From a virus (lineage: Duplodnaviria; Caudoviricetes), in the IMG/VR virus record IMGVR_UViG_3300025389_000068, positions 1 to 32,024 of that record: a stretch of 32,024 nt of DNA; one strand, written 5' to 3'. The notes below the pieces were generated by a model. The model worked only from the letters and a program-made list of their open reading frames with translations, was not told the DNA's origin and did no database searches. Within the stretch, counting starts at the first letter, position 1. Each line of letters begins with the position of its first letter. Shown here in pieces: positions 14,318-22,786 of this stretch. The translations under genes were made by a program, and so were the position numbers.

Positions 14318-17300
14318 TTAAATCAACCTATATTGCGTAGTCCACACAGTGCTATTGCTGCTAGTTGGTACAACTTGTAGAGCAATACTTCCAGTAGCGG
14401 TGCTAACAGAAAGTATTCCAGTATCAGAACCTAGTGTGACGGTTCCAAATGTAGTATAATCAACATTGGTTCCATCGGTAACAGCATGAACTTTTGACAT
14501 ACTGTATTTAGCCCCGGAAGAATCATGACTTTTTACAAAAAATTCTATACCCACAATATCAGTGCCTGTCAATACATACTGTGCTATTGTAGTCTTATTA
14601 GTTGTTGCTGTTGTGGTAGTCGCTGAAAATATTATTGTATTACCTACAAATATTTGGTTAGCTTGTATATTATTGGCTGTTGTATTGCCAGAGAAAGTAG
14701 TATTGTATGCAAATACATTTATATTACCACTACCTACTGTAGCATTACCACCACTTGCACTAATACGGGCATCATAAGAAATTAAACTAGTTGCAGTGTG
14801 GAAATCTATGTTAGCATTACCTGGTTGATTTCTACCAGGTAATCCGAATGTGATAGCTGTGTCAAAATATCCTACACACGCAGTAGCTAAATTACTAATA
14901 GTAACTTGACTATCAGAATTATAGTTAAAAGTAGCATTGCCTGTTGTAGTTATATTACCCTTTAAATTTGCACTATTATTAGATATTACCAATACATTAC
15001 TAGTACCATTGACACTAGTTATAATATTACCATTTACTACTGGTATACTTACATTACTACTACCATTGTATATCTTATCAGTGCTAATTCCAATCAACTG
15101 ACTAGCATTACCAAATAAGTAACCAGCCGTGATATTACCAGTTGTAGTAAGATTACCAGTCGAACCTAAGTTTCCTACAGTAACATTACCAGAAACAACA
15201 AGCTGACTTAGTGTACCAACTTGTGTTACTTGTGGCTGTGAATTATTTACGCTGAATACACCTGCAGTAAGTGTAAGACCTGTACCAGCAGTATAGTGAC
15301 CAGCAGTGCTAAATTCAGTAAATATTACTGGATCATTACCAACTGTAATAACTTCTGAAATTTGAACCCAAGATGTGTTAAGATTAACTGTACCGCCACT
15401 TACAAATGTATAAGAACTTCTTCTCATTGTAGCAGAAGTATCATAATCAGTTGCTCGTGTTAATGTTGTTGAATTGGTGTAAGTGTAAATACCATTCCAA
15501 GCAGGGTCTAATTCGTTCTTAACAAGAATACGGGTTCCAGCAGTTGTTACATCTACACCATCAATTAAAGTATATGTGCCAGTTGTTTGTAATATGGCAT
15601 TAATACCTTCTGGTCCAGGTTGAATATATGAGACTGTTCCACCAGAGTAAAATGCAAGTGTATTGTCAGTTGCTGCTTGTGACGAGGCTACTGGATATAA
15701 ACCTTGAGCCAATGTGTCAACATATAACTTAGTAGCTGCATCAAAATCATTTGTAGGTGTTGCTAAGTTTGATATCCTATGTGCAAATACATCTACATTA
15801 CCAACACCAGTTGGAATTAAGTTAATATTCTGATCAACACCTGTTGCCTTAATAGTAACACCAGATGTAACACCAATAATGTTATCTGTGTATAAATTTG
15901 ATAATGTGACTAAGTTACCAGTAAAATTAGCAGCGTTACCAAATAAGTTTAAACCAACATATAAGTTTGAATCAGCACGAATAAAGTTGGCTTGAACTAA
16001 ATTGTTTACATAAAGATCATCTGCAATATTTGCAAAATTAACAGTAAGGTAATTGCCCAAATTAGCATTACCACTATTAAGATTTCCAAATATATTAGTA
16101 TCATATGTTATGTTCGCATAGTTTACATTGACTAAGTTACCTAAGTTAGCATTACGAGTAACAAGATTACCACTGAAGTTAGCTGTATTACCACTTAATA
16201 TTTGACCAACATTTAAATTTGATGAAACAGTTATATTATTAGACTGTGCCAAATTACCTAGGTTAGCATTACCTGCAACAATGTTACTAGTGAAATTTGC
16301 TGTGTTACCACTTAATTGTGCGTTTACAGTTATGTTATTAGAAGTAATATTACTTGAGACATTGACAAAATTAGCCTGTGTCAAGTTACCTAAATTAGCA
16401 TTTAATGTTTTAAGATTGCCTGCGAAATTTGCAGTGTTACCAGATAAGTTTAATCCAACAGATAAATTAGATGTTACATTGGCATTATTTGCTTGTACTG
16501 TATTGCCTACATTAGCGTTACCTGCTATAATATTACCAGTAAAGTTCGCAGTATTACCTAATAAGTTTAATCCAACAGACAAATTAGATGTTACATTGGC
16601 ATTATTTGCTTGTACTGTATTGCCTATGTTAGCATTTGCTGCACTGATGTTACCAACAAAATTTGCGGTGTTACCTGATATATCTGATCCAACATGTAAG
16701 TTTGATGATACATTAACATAGTTAGCATGTAATAAATTACCTAAGTTAGCATTTAATGAAGTTAAATTACCTGTGAAGTTAGCTGTATTGCCACTTAGTT
16801 GTGAGTTAACTGTAATGTTGTTGCTAACCAAATTAGCGGTTACATTTATATAGTTTGCATTTACAGTGTTACCACCTATATTACCCAAGAAAGAGTTAGC
16901 AACAACATTACCGTATGTATTAACTGTGATGACACTATTCAAATCAGTTACATTACTACCAAAGATGAAATTACCTTCACTGTTTTTCCAGCCCATGAAT
17001 GCAGAGACTGGACTAGTGGTATAATATTGTAGTAATGTACCTCTATCTTTACCATCATTAGATGCTAATGGTGTGCCATTAGGCCCGCCACCTAATTGTA
17101 TTATTGGGTCTGTTATATCTAATGTGTCTACATTAACATATGTAAGATTGCCTGTTACTGTTAAGTTACCAGTAAGTAATGTCTCTCCAGTAACATTAAG
17201 ATTTGATACAACATTGACATTACCATTACCTATCTGTACATTAGTGCTACCACTGGTAATGCTTATGTTACCATTTGCGCTAATACCATTACCATTAATT

Positions 17301-17833
17301 ATTAAGTTACTAGAACCTGCAGATACTTTTAAATTACTTGTGACATTGACATTGTTACTAGTGAAGGAAATGGTATTACTTGTAAAACTTACATTATTAC
17401 TATTGACACCTACATTTGCTGTGTTTATTAATACATTGTTGTTGTTAACTACTAATGTGTTACTAGTACTATTACCTACAACTAAGTTACCTAATATACC
17501 TACTTGTGCGTTGGACACAACCATTACATTCGGTGTGCCATTTACACTTAATAGTATATTACCATTTGCTATAGGAATACTTACATTACTTGAACCATTT
17601 GCAATAGTAGTAGAGACAGGGTTTACAAATGATAGATGACCATTACCGTCAGTTGATATAATTTGATTGGCAACACCACCAAGAATAATTACATTACCAA
17701 TTAGTCCTAAGTTACTTATACCACTAACTGATAAGTTAGATGTAACTATATCACCATTAGCAAGAATGATATTAGAAGGTGTATCCCCTACTGAGAATCC
17801 ACCTATAGAGTTTAGTGCCTTTATTGTTGCCAT
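14318..17833 (-). CDS. Fibre-like virion structural protein, 1171 aa
   Basis: Asn-rich beta-helix-like 39-aa repeats, a DPIIQLG...DRG...AFMGW module, a RISNLATPTNDFDAATKLYVD fibre motif and a RILVKNE...WNGIY...LTRATD module typical of phage tail/head fibres. Confidence 0.8.
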   Translation of the reverse strand: MATIKALNSIGGFSVGDTPSNIILANGDIVTSNLSVSGISNLGLIGNVIILGGVANQIISTDGNGHLSFVNPVSTTIANGSSNVSIPIANGNILLSVNGTPNVMVVSNAQVGILGNLVVGNSTSNTLVVNNNNVLINTANVGVNSNNVSFTSNTISFTSNNVNVTSNLKVSAGSSNLIINGNGISANGNISITSGSTNVQIGNGNVNVVSNLNVTGETLLTGNLTVTGNLTYVNVDTLDITDPIIQLGGGPNGTPLASNDGKDRGTLLQYYTTSPVSAFMGWKNSEGNFIFGSNVTDLNSVITVNTYGNVVANSFLGNIGGNTVNANYINVTANLVSNNITVNSQLSGNTANFTGNLTSLNANLGNLLHANYVNVSSNLHVGSDISGNTANFVGNISAANANIGNTVQANNANVTSNLSVGLNLLGNTANFTGNIIAGNANVGNTVQANNANVTSNLSVGLNLSGNTANFAGNLKTLNANLGNLTQANFVNVSSNITSNNITVNAQLSGNTANFTSNIVAGNANLGNLAQSNNITVSSNLNVGQILSGNTANFSGNLVTRNANLGNLVNVNYANITYDTNIFGNLNSGNANLGNYLTVNFANIADDLYVNNLVQANFIRADSNLYVGLNLFGNAANFTGNLVTLSNLYTDNIIGVTSGVTIKATGVDQNINLIPTGVGNVDVFAHRISNLATPTNDFDAATKLYVDTLAQGLYPVASSQAATDNTLAFYSGGTVSYIQPGPEGINAILQTTGTYTLIDGVDVTTAGTRILVKNELDPAWNGIYTYTNSTTLTRATDYDTSATMRRSSYTFVSGGTVNLNTSWVQISEVITVGNDPVIFTEFSTAGHYTAGTGLTLTAGVFSVNNSQPQVTQVGTLSQLVVSGNVTVGNLGSTGNLTTTGNITAGYLFGNASQLIGISTDKIYNGSSNVSIPVVNGNIITSVNGTSNVLVISNNSANLKGNITTTGNATFNYNSDSQVTISNLATACVGYFDTAITFGLPGRNQPGNANIDFHTATSLISYDARISASGGNATVGSGNINVFAYNTTFSGNTTANNIQANQIFVGNTIIFSATTTTATTNKTTIAQYVLTGTDIVGIEFFVKSHDSSGAKYSMSKVHAVTDGTNVDYTTFGTVTLGSDTGILSVSTATGSIALQVVPTSSNSTVWTTQYRLI
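16444..16680 (-). repeat. 117-nt (39-aa) near-identical tandem duplication
   Basis: ataagtttaatccaacaga(t/c)aaattagatgttacattggcattatttgcttgtactgtattgccta occurs at 16444 and 16561. Confidence 0.9.
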
Positions 17834-17864
17834 TTTATATACAGATTAAATCTCGTAATGTTAC

Positions 17865-19451
17865 TTAACAATATTCTGCATATTGAGTTATTTGCATCTT
17901 ATAATTAGTAAGTGATGCTGCATTAGGCGTTACTAATAGTTGTAATGTAGGTGGAGTTACCACATTACCCGCATTATATGCAACACTGAAAGTTCCCACA
18001 CCGCCGTTAATTTGTAGTCCAGCATATTCGTTAAATGCTATCATACCATTATAAATGGTAGCACTGATTTTAGTTGTTTCTCTAGACTCAGTTGTATCGT
18101 TTGTGCCCACAATAGTAAAATCAACTGCACATACTGAATTAGCTAATACCGAGTATATAACTTGATTAGTAGAAACACTAGTAGTTGAAGCAAAATATAC
18201 CAATGCAGTACTGAATTCATAAACACCTGAACCTATTGTAAATGTGTTTGCTATTAAGTTACCAGATACATTAACTGTTTGTGATGGACTATCAAAAGTA
18301 AAGAATGGACTACCACCAAAGATACCATTGTTATTATATTGTACTGTGCTGTTTGCGCCACCTGGGCCACCACCACCTCCTCCACCGCCGCCGCCTTGAT
18401 CAACCCATTGTAGGTTGCCAAGACCATCAGTACTTAATACTTGTCCGTTGAATCCACCTAATAGATGTACATTAGATACCAATCCTAAAGTAACATTAGA
18501 TCCATTTAATGCTACATTACCATTTGCCATTAATGTACCAGTAGTGATACTTACATTACCACCAACACTAGCATTACCTGTAACAAAAAGATTTCCACCA
18601 CCTAGTCTACTAGCTGCATTCAAATTACCTGATGTAGTTGTACCTATGACAGTCAATGATACCAAATCACCAACACTGGTAATATTTGGTTGACTACTTG
18701 CTGTTACTTGTATTGCATTTGGAACAGGTCCATTTAAATTCGCTGCGGGAATATTTGAGAGATGTCCAGCATCACCTTGAAAACTTTGTGCTACTACTGG
18801 TCCGCCAACTGTTAAATTAACCAGTGTACCAACACTGATAATATTAGGTTGTGCGCTGTTTGTAACAGTAACCGCAGTAGTTGCATTTGAAGCAGTACCT
18901 CTTAAATTGCCAACAAAATTTGATGCATTGACTTGCGGTACAGATAAAGTAGTAGTAAGATAATCATATGTAAAGCCTGAGTCACCTGCAAATACACCTG
19001 CGTTATTATACTGAACTTGTGTATTGCTACCACCTGGCTCGCCATTGCCACCGCCACCACCTGTTCCAGCAGTCCATGTTAATGTACCTAAACCATCTGT
19101 CTGCAAGAAATATCCATTCAAGCCGCCCAAAATACTAACATTAGCTACATCACCTAATGAAGTAGTACCCAATACATTTAAATTGGTTGTTGTTAATAAG
19201 TTGATGCTACTATCAAATGTTAAATTTGCGCTAGCTCCAAAACTATAGTTACTGTTATAAACTAGTTGAGTATTTGCACCCGGAACATAAGTATTTCCGT
19301 TTGCGTATCTAAGATTATTTGTTAGTACTGTATTTGCTAGAACATAGTCATTGTTGACATTTGCTACTACTGTTCCAGCACTAGTGACGACAGGTACAGC
19401 TGGTATACCAACTGTTAGCCCACCTAATGTATTAAATGCTTCTGATGACAT
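17865..19451 (-). CDS. Fibre-like virion structural protein, 528 aa
   Basis: Three GxNxxx(Q/V)YNxxxxFxx modules, two GGxNGxxLxTDGLG modules and poly-Gly linkers; N- and C-terminal domains resemble those of the 1171-aa protein. Confidence 0.8.
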   Translation of the reverse strand: MSSEAFNTLGGLTVGIPAVPVVTSAGTVVANVNNDYVLANTVLTNNLRYANGNTYVPGANTQLVYNSNYSFGASANLTFDSSINLLTTTNLNVLGTTSLGDVANVSILGGLNGYFLQTDGLGTLTWTAGTGGGGGNGEPGGSNTQVQYNNAGVFAGDSGFTYDYLTTTLSVPQVNASNFVGNLRGTASNATTAVTVTNSAQPNIISVGTLVNLTVGGPVVAQSFQGDAGHLSNIPAANLNGPVPNAIQVTASSQPNITSVGDLVSLTVIGTTTSGNLNAASRLGGGNLFVTGNASVGGNVSITTGTLMANGNVALNGSNVTLGLVSNVHLLGGFNGQVLSTDGLGNLQWVDQGGGGGGGGGGPGGANSTVQYNNNGIFGGSPFFTFDSPSQTVNVSGNLIANTFTIGSGVYEFSTALVYFASTTSVSTNQVIYSVLANSVCAVDFTIVGTNDTTESRETTKISATIYNGMIAFNEYAGLQINGGVGTFSVAYNAGNVVTPPTLQLLVTPNAASLTNYKMQITQYAEYC

Positions 19452-19482
19452 ATGTTATCCTGGTAATTTATATTCAATAATA

Positions 19483-19490
19483 TATTTATC
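19483..19490 (-). promoter_or_regulatory. T4-type late promoter (GATAAATA) for the fibre operon
   Basis: One mismatch to the gp55 consensus TATAAATA; intergenic, about 31 nt upstream of ATG 19451. Confidence 0.6.
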
Positions 19491-19540
19491 GTTGAACCAT
19501 TTTTAAAAACCGTGTTTTTAAGTACCCAACAAATCTTTTT

Positions 19541-19548
19541 TATAAATA
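19541..19548 (+). promoter_or_regulatory. T4-type late promoter TATAAATA
   Basis: Exact consensus, 4 nt before ATG 19553. Confidence 0.7.
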
Positions 19549-19552
19549 AAAC

Positions 19553-19918
19553 ATGCTAACACAACAACCAACTAGACCATTCTGTAAAAAATGCAATACT
19601 TCATTAGCCAAAAGTAATGGCACCAGTAAGCATGGGTTTAAACAGTGGCACAAATACTGTGTACAGTGTAGCAAAATAATGTACAACAGTAATTATGGGT
19701 ATCTATTGAATAAGAAAGATCATTGTGAACTATGCGATTTTGTACCAGTTGATAGTTGTCAACTTGATCTTGTTTATAAAGATGGTAACAAAAAGAACAA
19801 AGAACAAGATAACACACAAACATTATGTGCCAACTGTAGTAGACTACATAAAAAGAAACTACGAGAAAAGAAGAAGTCTATTCTTAATATTACTGTTGAT
19901 GCTGATGTAACAATTTAA
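19553..19918 (+). CDS. Zinc-finger protein with a degenerate HNH fold, 121 aa
   Basis: Four CxxC pairs; QLDLVYKDGNKKNKEQDNTQTLCANCSR resembles the HNH pattern DxDHIDGNxxNNxxxNLxxLCxNCH with both His residues replaced. Confidence 0.7.
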   Translation: MLTQQPTRPFCKKCNTSLAKSNGTSKHGFKQWHKYCVQCSKIMYNSNYGYLLNKKDHCELCDFVPVDSCQLDLVYKDGNKKNKEQDNTQTLCANCSRLHKKKLREKKKSILNITVDADVTI

Positions 19919-20622
19919 GCACGGGACAATTTGGCTAAGTTTAAAAATTCAAAAATCTTTAACCAAAAATAGCCCATATCAAATTCAAACCATTGTCTAC
20001 TTAGTTTTACACTTGCCGGATCTAAATGATGGTTATTATGTAGTTCTTCTCCACCTACGATAATACCAAGAAAAAATATGTTGCGACTATTATCTTTTGT
20101 ATCTCCATTACGGTATCCCCAGTAATGTCCTATACCATTGATAACACCAGCAGCCCAAAATGGTATCCAAATCATTTGTATACCCCAGATTAATATACCC
20201 ATCCAACCGAATATAAGTACATTGATTAAAAACATGATAATTATCCCAACTCTAGAGTGTTTAGTGTATAAATTATTTTCTATATAATCATCGGGAGTAC
20301 CAACACCATATGTGTTAATCATAGTATCATCTTTTGACGCTTTGTGATATAACAATGCTCCATTGAATAATACCTTGTTTAATCCATAAATCATAGGACT
20401 ATGTGGATCATTTTCAGTTTCACAGTATCTATGATGCTTGCGATGTATTGCTACCCATTGTTTAGTAACCATGCCAGTTGTAAGCCACAACCAAAAGCGC
20501 ATAAAGTGACTTAGTATTGGGTGAAATGTTATTCCTTTATGTGCTTGTCCTCTATGTAGATATAGAGTAACACATATTATAGTTATGTGTGTAACTATTA
20601 AAGTGTATATTAATATAGTCAT
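19915..20622 (-). CDS. desA: Membrane fatty acid (delta-9/DesA-like) desaturase, auxiliary metabolic gene
   Basis: Three His boxes HRGQAH, HRKHH and HNNHH, plus DPHSP, GEELHNNHH and WFEFDMG motifs and hydrophobic transmembrane segments. Confidence 0.9.
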   Translation of the reverse strand: MTILIYTLIVTHITIICVTLYLHRGQAHKGITFHPILSHFMRFWLWLTTGMVTKQWVAIHRKHHRYCETENDPHSPMIYGLNKVLFNGALLYHKASKDDTMINTYGVGTPDDYIENNLYTKHSRVGIIIMFLINVLIFGWMGILIWGIQMIWIPFWAAGVINGIGHYWGYRNGDTKDNSRNIFFLGIIVGGEELHNNHHLDPASVKLSRQWFEFDMGYFWLKIFEFLNLAKLSRA

Positions 20623-20626
20623 TAGA

Positions 20627-20634
20627 TATTTATC
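20627..20634 (-). promoter_or_regulatory. T4-type late promoter (GATAAATA) for the desaturase
   Basis: GATAAATA-TCTA-ATG, immediately after a terminator. Confidence 0.6.
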
Positions 20635-20637
20635 AAC

Positions 20638-20660
20638 AAAAAAGGCTCCGTAGAGCCTTT
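20638..20660 (-). terminator. Rho-independent terminator
   Basis: AAAGGCTC-TACG-GAGCCTTT then TTT; C(UACG)G tetraloop and U-tract on the minus strand. Confidence 0.85.
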
Positions 20661-20692
20661 AATGTAAACTTCCCATCCCGAGTGAGATAATG

Positions 20693-20700
20693 TATTTATG
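20693..20700 (-). promoter_or_regulatory. Possible late promoter CATAAATA overlapping the HNH stop codon
   Basis: One mismatch to TATAAATA; only about 55 nt of non-coding sequence and a terminator follow. Confidence 0.4.
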
Positions 20701-21451
20701 CTACTTTGCGCTTTTTGCCACCAAGTTGCCAACCATCATCTAAGTAACTCTGTAGTGTATCTTTCTTTACTTTTTTCTCTATATTGTCTTTGTTGATACT
20801 AATGTTGCCTAATACTGCGTTGGCTACATTAGTTGCGTGTGATTTTGTTTTCTTTTGACCAGTCATTGTTATTGAACGTGCTTGTTTTTGTTCTTCACTC
20901 ATAGGACCTTTAGGTTTACCTTTTGAAGCTAATGACATTAATCTTTTAGTTTCATCAGTTCTTTTTTGACCTAATACTTTTGCTATTCTTTTTTCTTGTG
21001 ATTCTTTAGAATATATTTTACCATTAGCGTGATTAGCTTTTGCTTTTTCTCTTAGCAGTTGCTTATGTTCATCTGACATAGGTATGCCTTTATTTTTTGC
21101 AGGTCTGCCTTTCATTCTTTTACTATGATTTTCTGCGTGTTCTATCCTATATTTCTCATATACTCTTGCAGTGATTTTTGTATGATAGCGTTCTTGATAT
21201 CTGTTCTCTGCCTTCATTCCGTTAAGTGCGTATAACATTTTACTTCTATCTTCACCCTCTGTCATTTTAATCAACAACCAATGGCATATGAAATGTTCTC
21301 TTGCTGTTAATTCTACTAGATTTTCTTTGTCATTACTACCGCCCATTGATTGAGGGATAATATGATGTAGTTCTGTGTAGCCCTCAGTAGTGCGTTGCTT
21401 CGCATTGGAAGTTATTTTGTAATAGAGTTTGGAGTATTTGTTTGTAAGCAT
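20696..21451 (-). mobile_element. Free-standing HNH homing endonuclease gene with NUMOD3-like repeats, 251 aa from ATG 21451
   Basis: ELHHIIPQSMGGSNDKENLVELTAREHFICHWLL HNH core and repeated (M)S(D/E)ExKxxxS...KG motifs. ATG 21451 is preferred over GTG 21475 because TATAAATA lies between them. Confidence 0.85.
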
Positions 21452-21456
21452 AATAG

Positions 21457-21464
21457 TATTTATA
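21457..21464 (-). promoter_or_regulatory. T4-type late promoter TATAAATA
   Basis: Exact consensus, 5 nt before ATG 21451. Confidence 0.75.
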
Positions 21465-21495
21465 CAGAATATCACTTTCCACTACTTTTAGATAC

Positions 21496-21521
21496 AAAAA
21501 AGGGTACCAAAGTACCCTTTT
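21496..21521 (-). terminator. Rho-independent terminator after gp23 (potentially bidirectional)
   Basis: AAAAGGGTAC-TTTG-GTACCCTTTTTT on the minus strand. Confidence 0.85.
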
Positions 21522-21562
21522 GTATTGATAATATCTGTAAAGATATTAAAGTGTGCTGAATT

Positions 21563-22759
21563 TCACTGAAACGTAAGGTTCTGCACGGCTATTTCACCAA
21601 CATAGTCCGCGGCATTCCCGAAAGAACTTGCGGTGTTGGTTAATTCGATGTAACCATAACGAGTCATAAATGACACGACTGGTTCGAAACTTGATGGATC
21701 TAGAACAACACCAGAACTCATCAATGGGATGTATGGGCAATAGAATGCTGCTGCATCAGTTTCGCTTGAACCTTTGTAACCAACCAATACAGGTTGTGTA
21801 TCAGGTGCATAGCTGTTTACGAATACACGCATTGCGCCATTCAATGTACCAACGAACTTAGTGTTTGTTGGAGCTTCGAAAGTACCTTCTGTTGTACGAG
21901 CAAAAGCTGAAGTAGTTGCAGATTGCAATACTGTCAAGCTAGCTGGAGAAACAACAGCCCAGTTACCAGCACCACGGCGTGTGCGTTGTGCGATCAAGTT
22001 AGCAACACGGTTGATTAGAACAGCTAAAGCAGCGTGTTCGTCACCAACATAAGTAGCTGTACCAGATACAGTAGCTTGGTTGTATGTATACTCTGTTGTA
22101 GCTAGAGTTGCTAGAGACAATAGAATTTCTTGGTCAATTTCAGCAGTAATTTCTTGTGCTAGAGCTGCCATGATTTCTGCTTCAACATCAATACCATGTT
22201 GAGACTGTGCGTCTTGCGCAGCTTCAAATGTCCAACGTGCTTGCAACTTACGACTCTTAGCTTCAACAGCTTGACGCAAGATTTGTACAGAAATTTGCTT
22301 ACCGCCATTACCTTCTAATGCAGCAGTATCAGCACCAGTGTAATAGCTAGTTGTTGGATCAAGTAACGCAGTGCGTGAATATGCTTGTGCAATCAAGAAT
22401 GGGCTCAATGCTTCTTGACCAGCTGTAACGCTAGTTTGAGCAGCACTGTTATCTTGCAAGCTGTTTGCATAACGGACACGCAATGTGTGAATCTGACCAA
22501 CTGGTCCTGTCATTGGCTGAACACCTACCAACTCGTTAGCGATAACTGTTGGCATGACACGACGGATAACTGGAAGAATCACACGGTTTAATGTAGCGAT
22601 GTTACCAGCTGTTGTTGTACCTGCTGAAGATTCAGCAAGTAATTGCTTTTTAGTGTTTTCTAAGATAACACTCATTGTTGACTTACGAGTCCCTTTAAGA
22701 CCTTCTAACAGGGCTTCCTTGGTCTCGTTCCAACGGCCTTCTAATAATACTTTTGACAT
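21563..22759 (-). CDS. gp23: Major capsid protein (T4 gp23-like)
   Basis: LVGVQPMTGPVGQI, AKSRKLQARWTFEAAQD, GIDVEAEI, EIDQEIL, RTRRGAGN, GYKGSSETDAAAFYCPYIPL and FMTRYG motifs; AGGAG SD. Confidence 0.97.
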   Translation of the reverse strand: MSKVLLEGRWNETKEALLEGLKGTRKSTMSVILENTKKQLLAESSAGTTTAGNIATLNRVILPVIRRVMPTVIANELVGVQPMTGPVGQIHTLRVRYANSLQDNSAAQTSVTAGQEALSPFLIAQAYSRTALLDPTTSYYTGADTAALEGNGGKQISVQILRQAVEAKSRKLQARWTFEAAQDAQSQHGIDVEAEIMAALAQEITAEIDQEILLSLATLATTEYTYNQATVSGTATYVGDEHAALAVLINRVANLIAQRTRRGAGNWAVVSPASLTVLQSATTSAFARTTEGTFEAPTNTKFVGTLNGAMRVFVNSYAPDTQPVLVGYKGSSETDAAAFYCPYIPLMSSGVVLDPSSFEPVVSFMTRYGYIELTNTASSFGNAADYVGEIAVQNLTFQ

Positions 22760-22786
22760 GTTAATTTCTCCTAAATTATGTCTATT

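Noticed and set aside
14318-17833. Very high density of N-x-S/T sequons suggesting N-glycosylation
   Set aside because: Adequately explained by Asn-ladder beta-repeat composition; no glycosyltransferase in this window.
24-19248. Dozens of plus-strand Leu/Pro/Val-rich ORFs in the ORF track
   Set aside because: They are antisense shadows of the repetitive Asn/Gly codons of the minus-strand fibre genes, with no SD or independent motifs.
21452-21475. GTG start for the HNH gene given in the ORF track
   Set aside because: The extension overlaps the TATAAATA promoter; ATG 21451 is more plausible.
21529-21548. Perfect 8-bp hairpin TAATATCT-GTAA-AGATATTA after the gp23 stop
   Set aside because: AT-rich and weak; it may be a 3' UTR stabiliser but there is no independent support.
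20696-21562. HNH gene as part of a group I intron in gp23
   Set aside because: gp23 is complete with a normal C-terminus and terminator; no intron core or downstream exon is visible.
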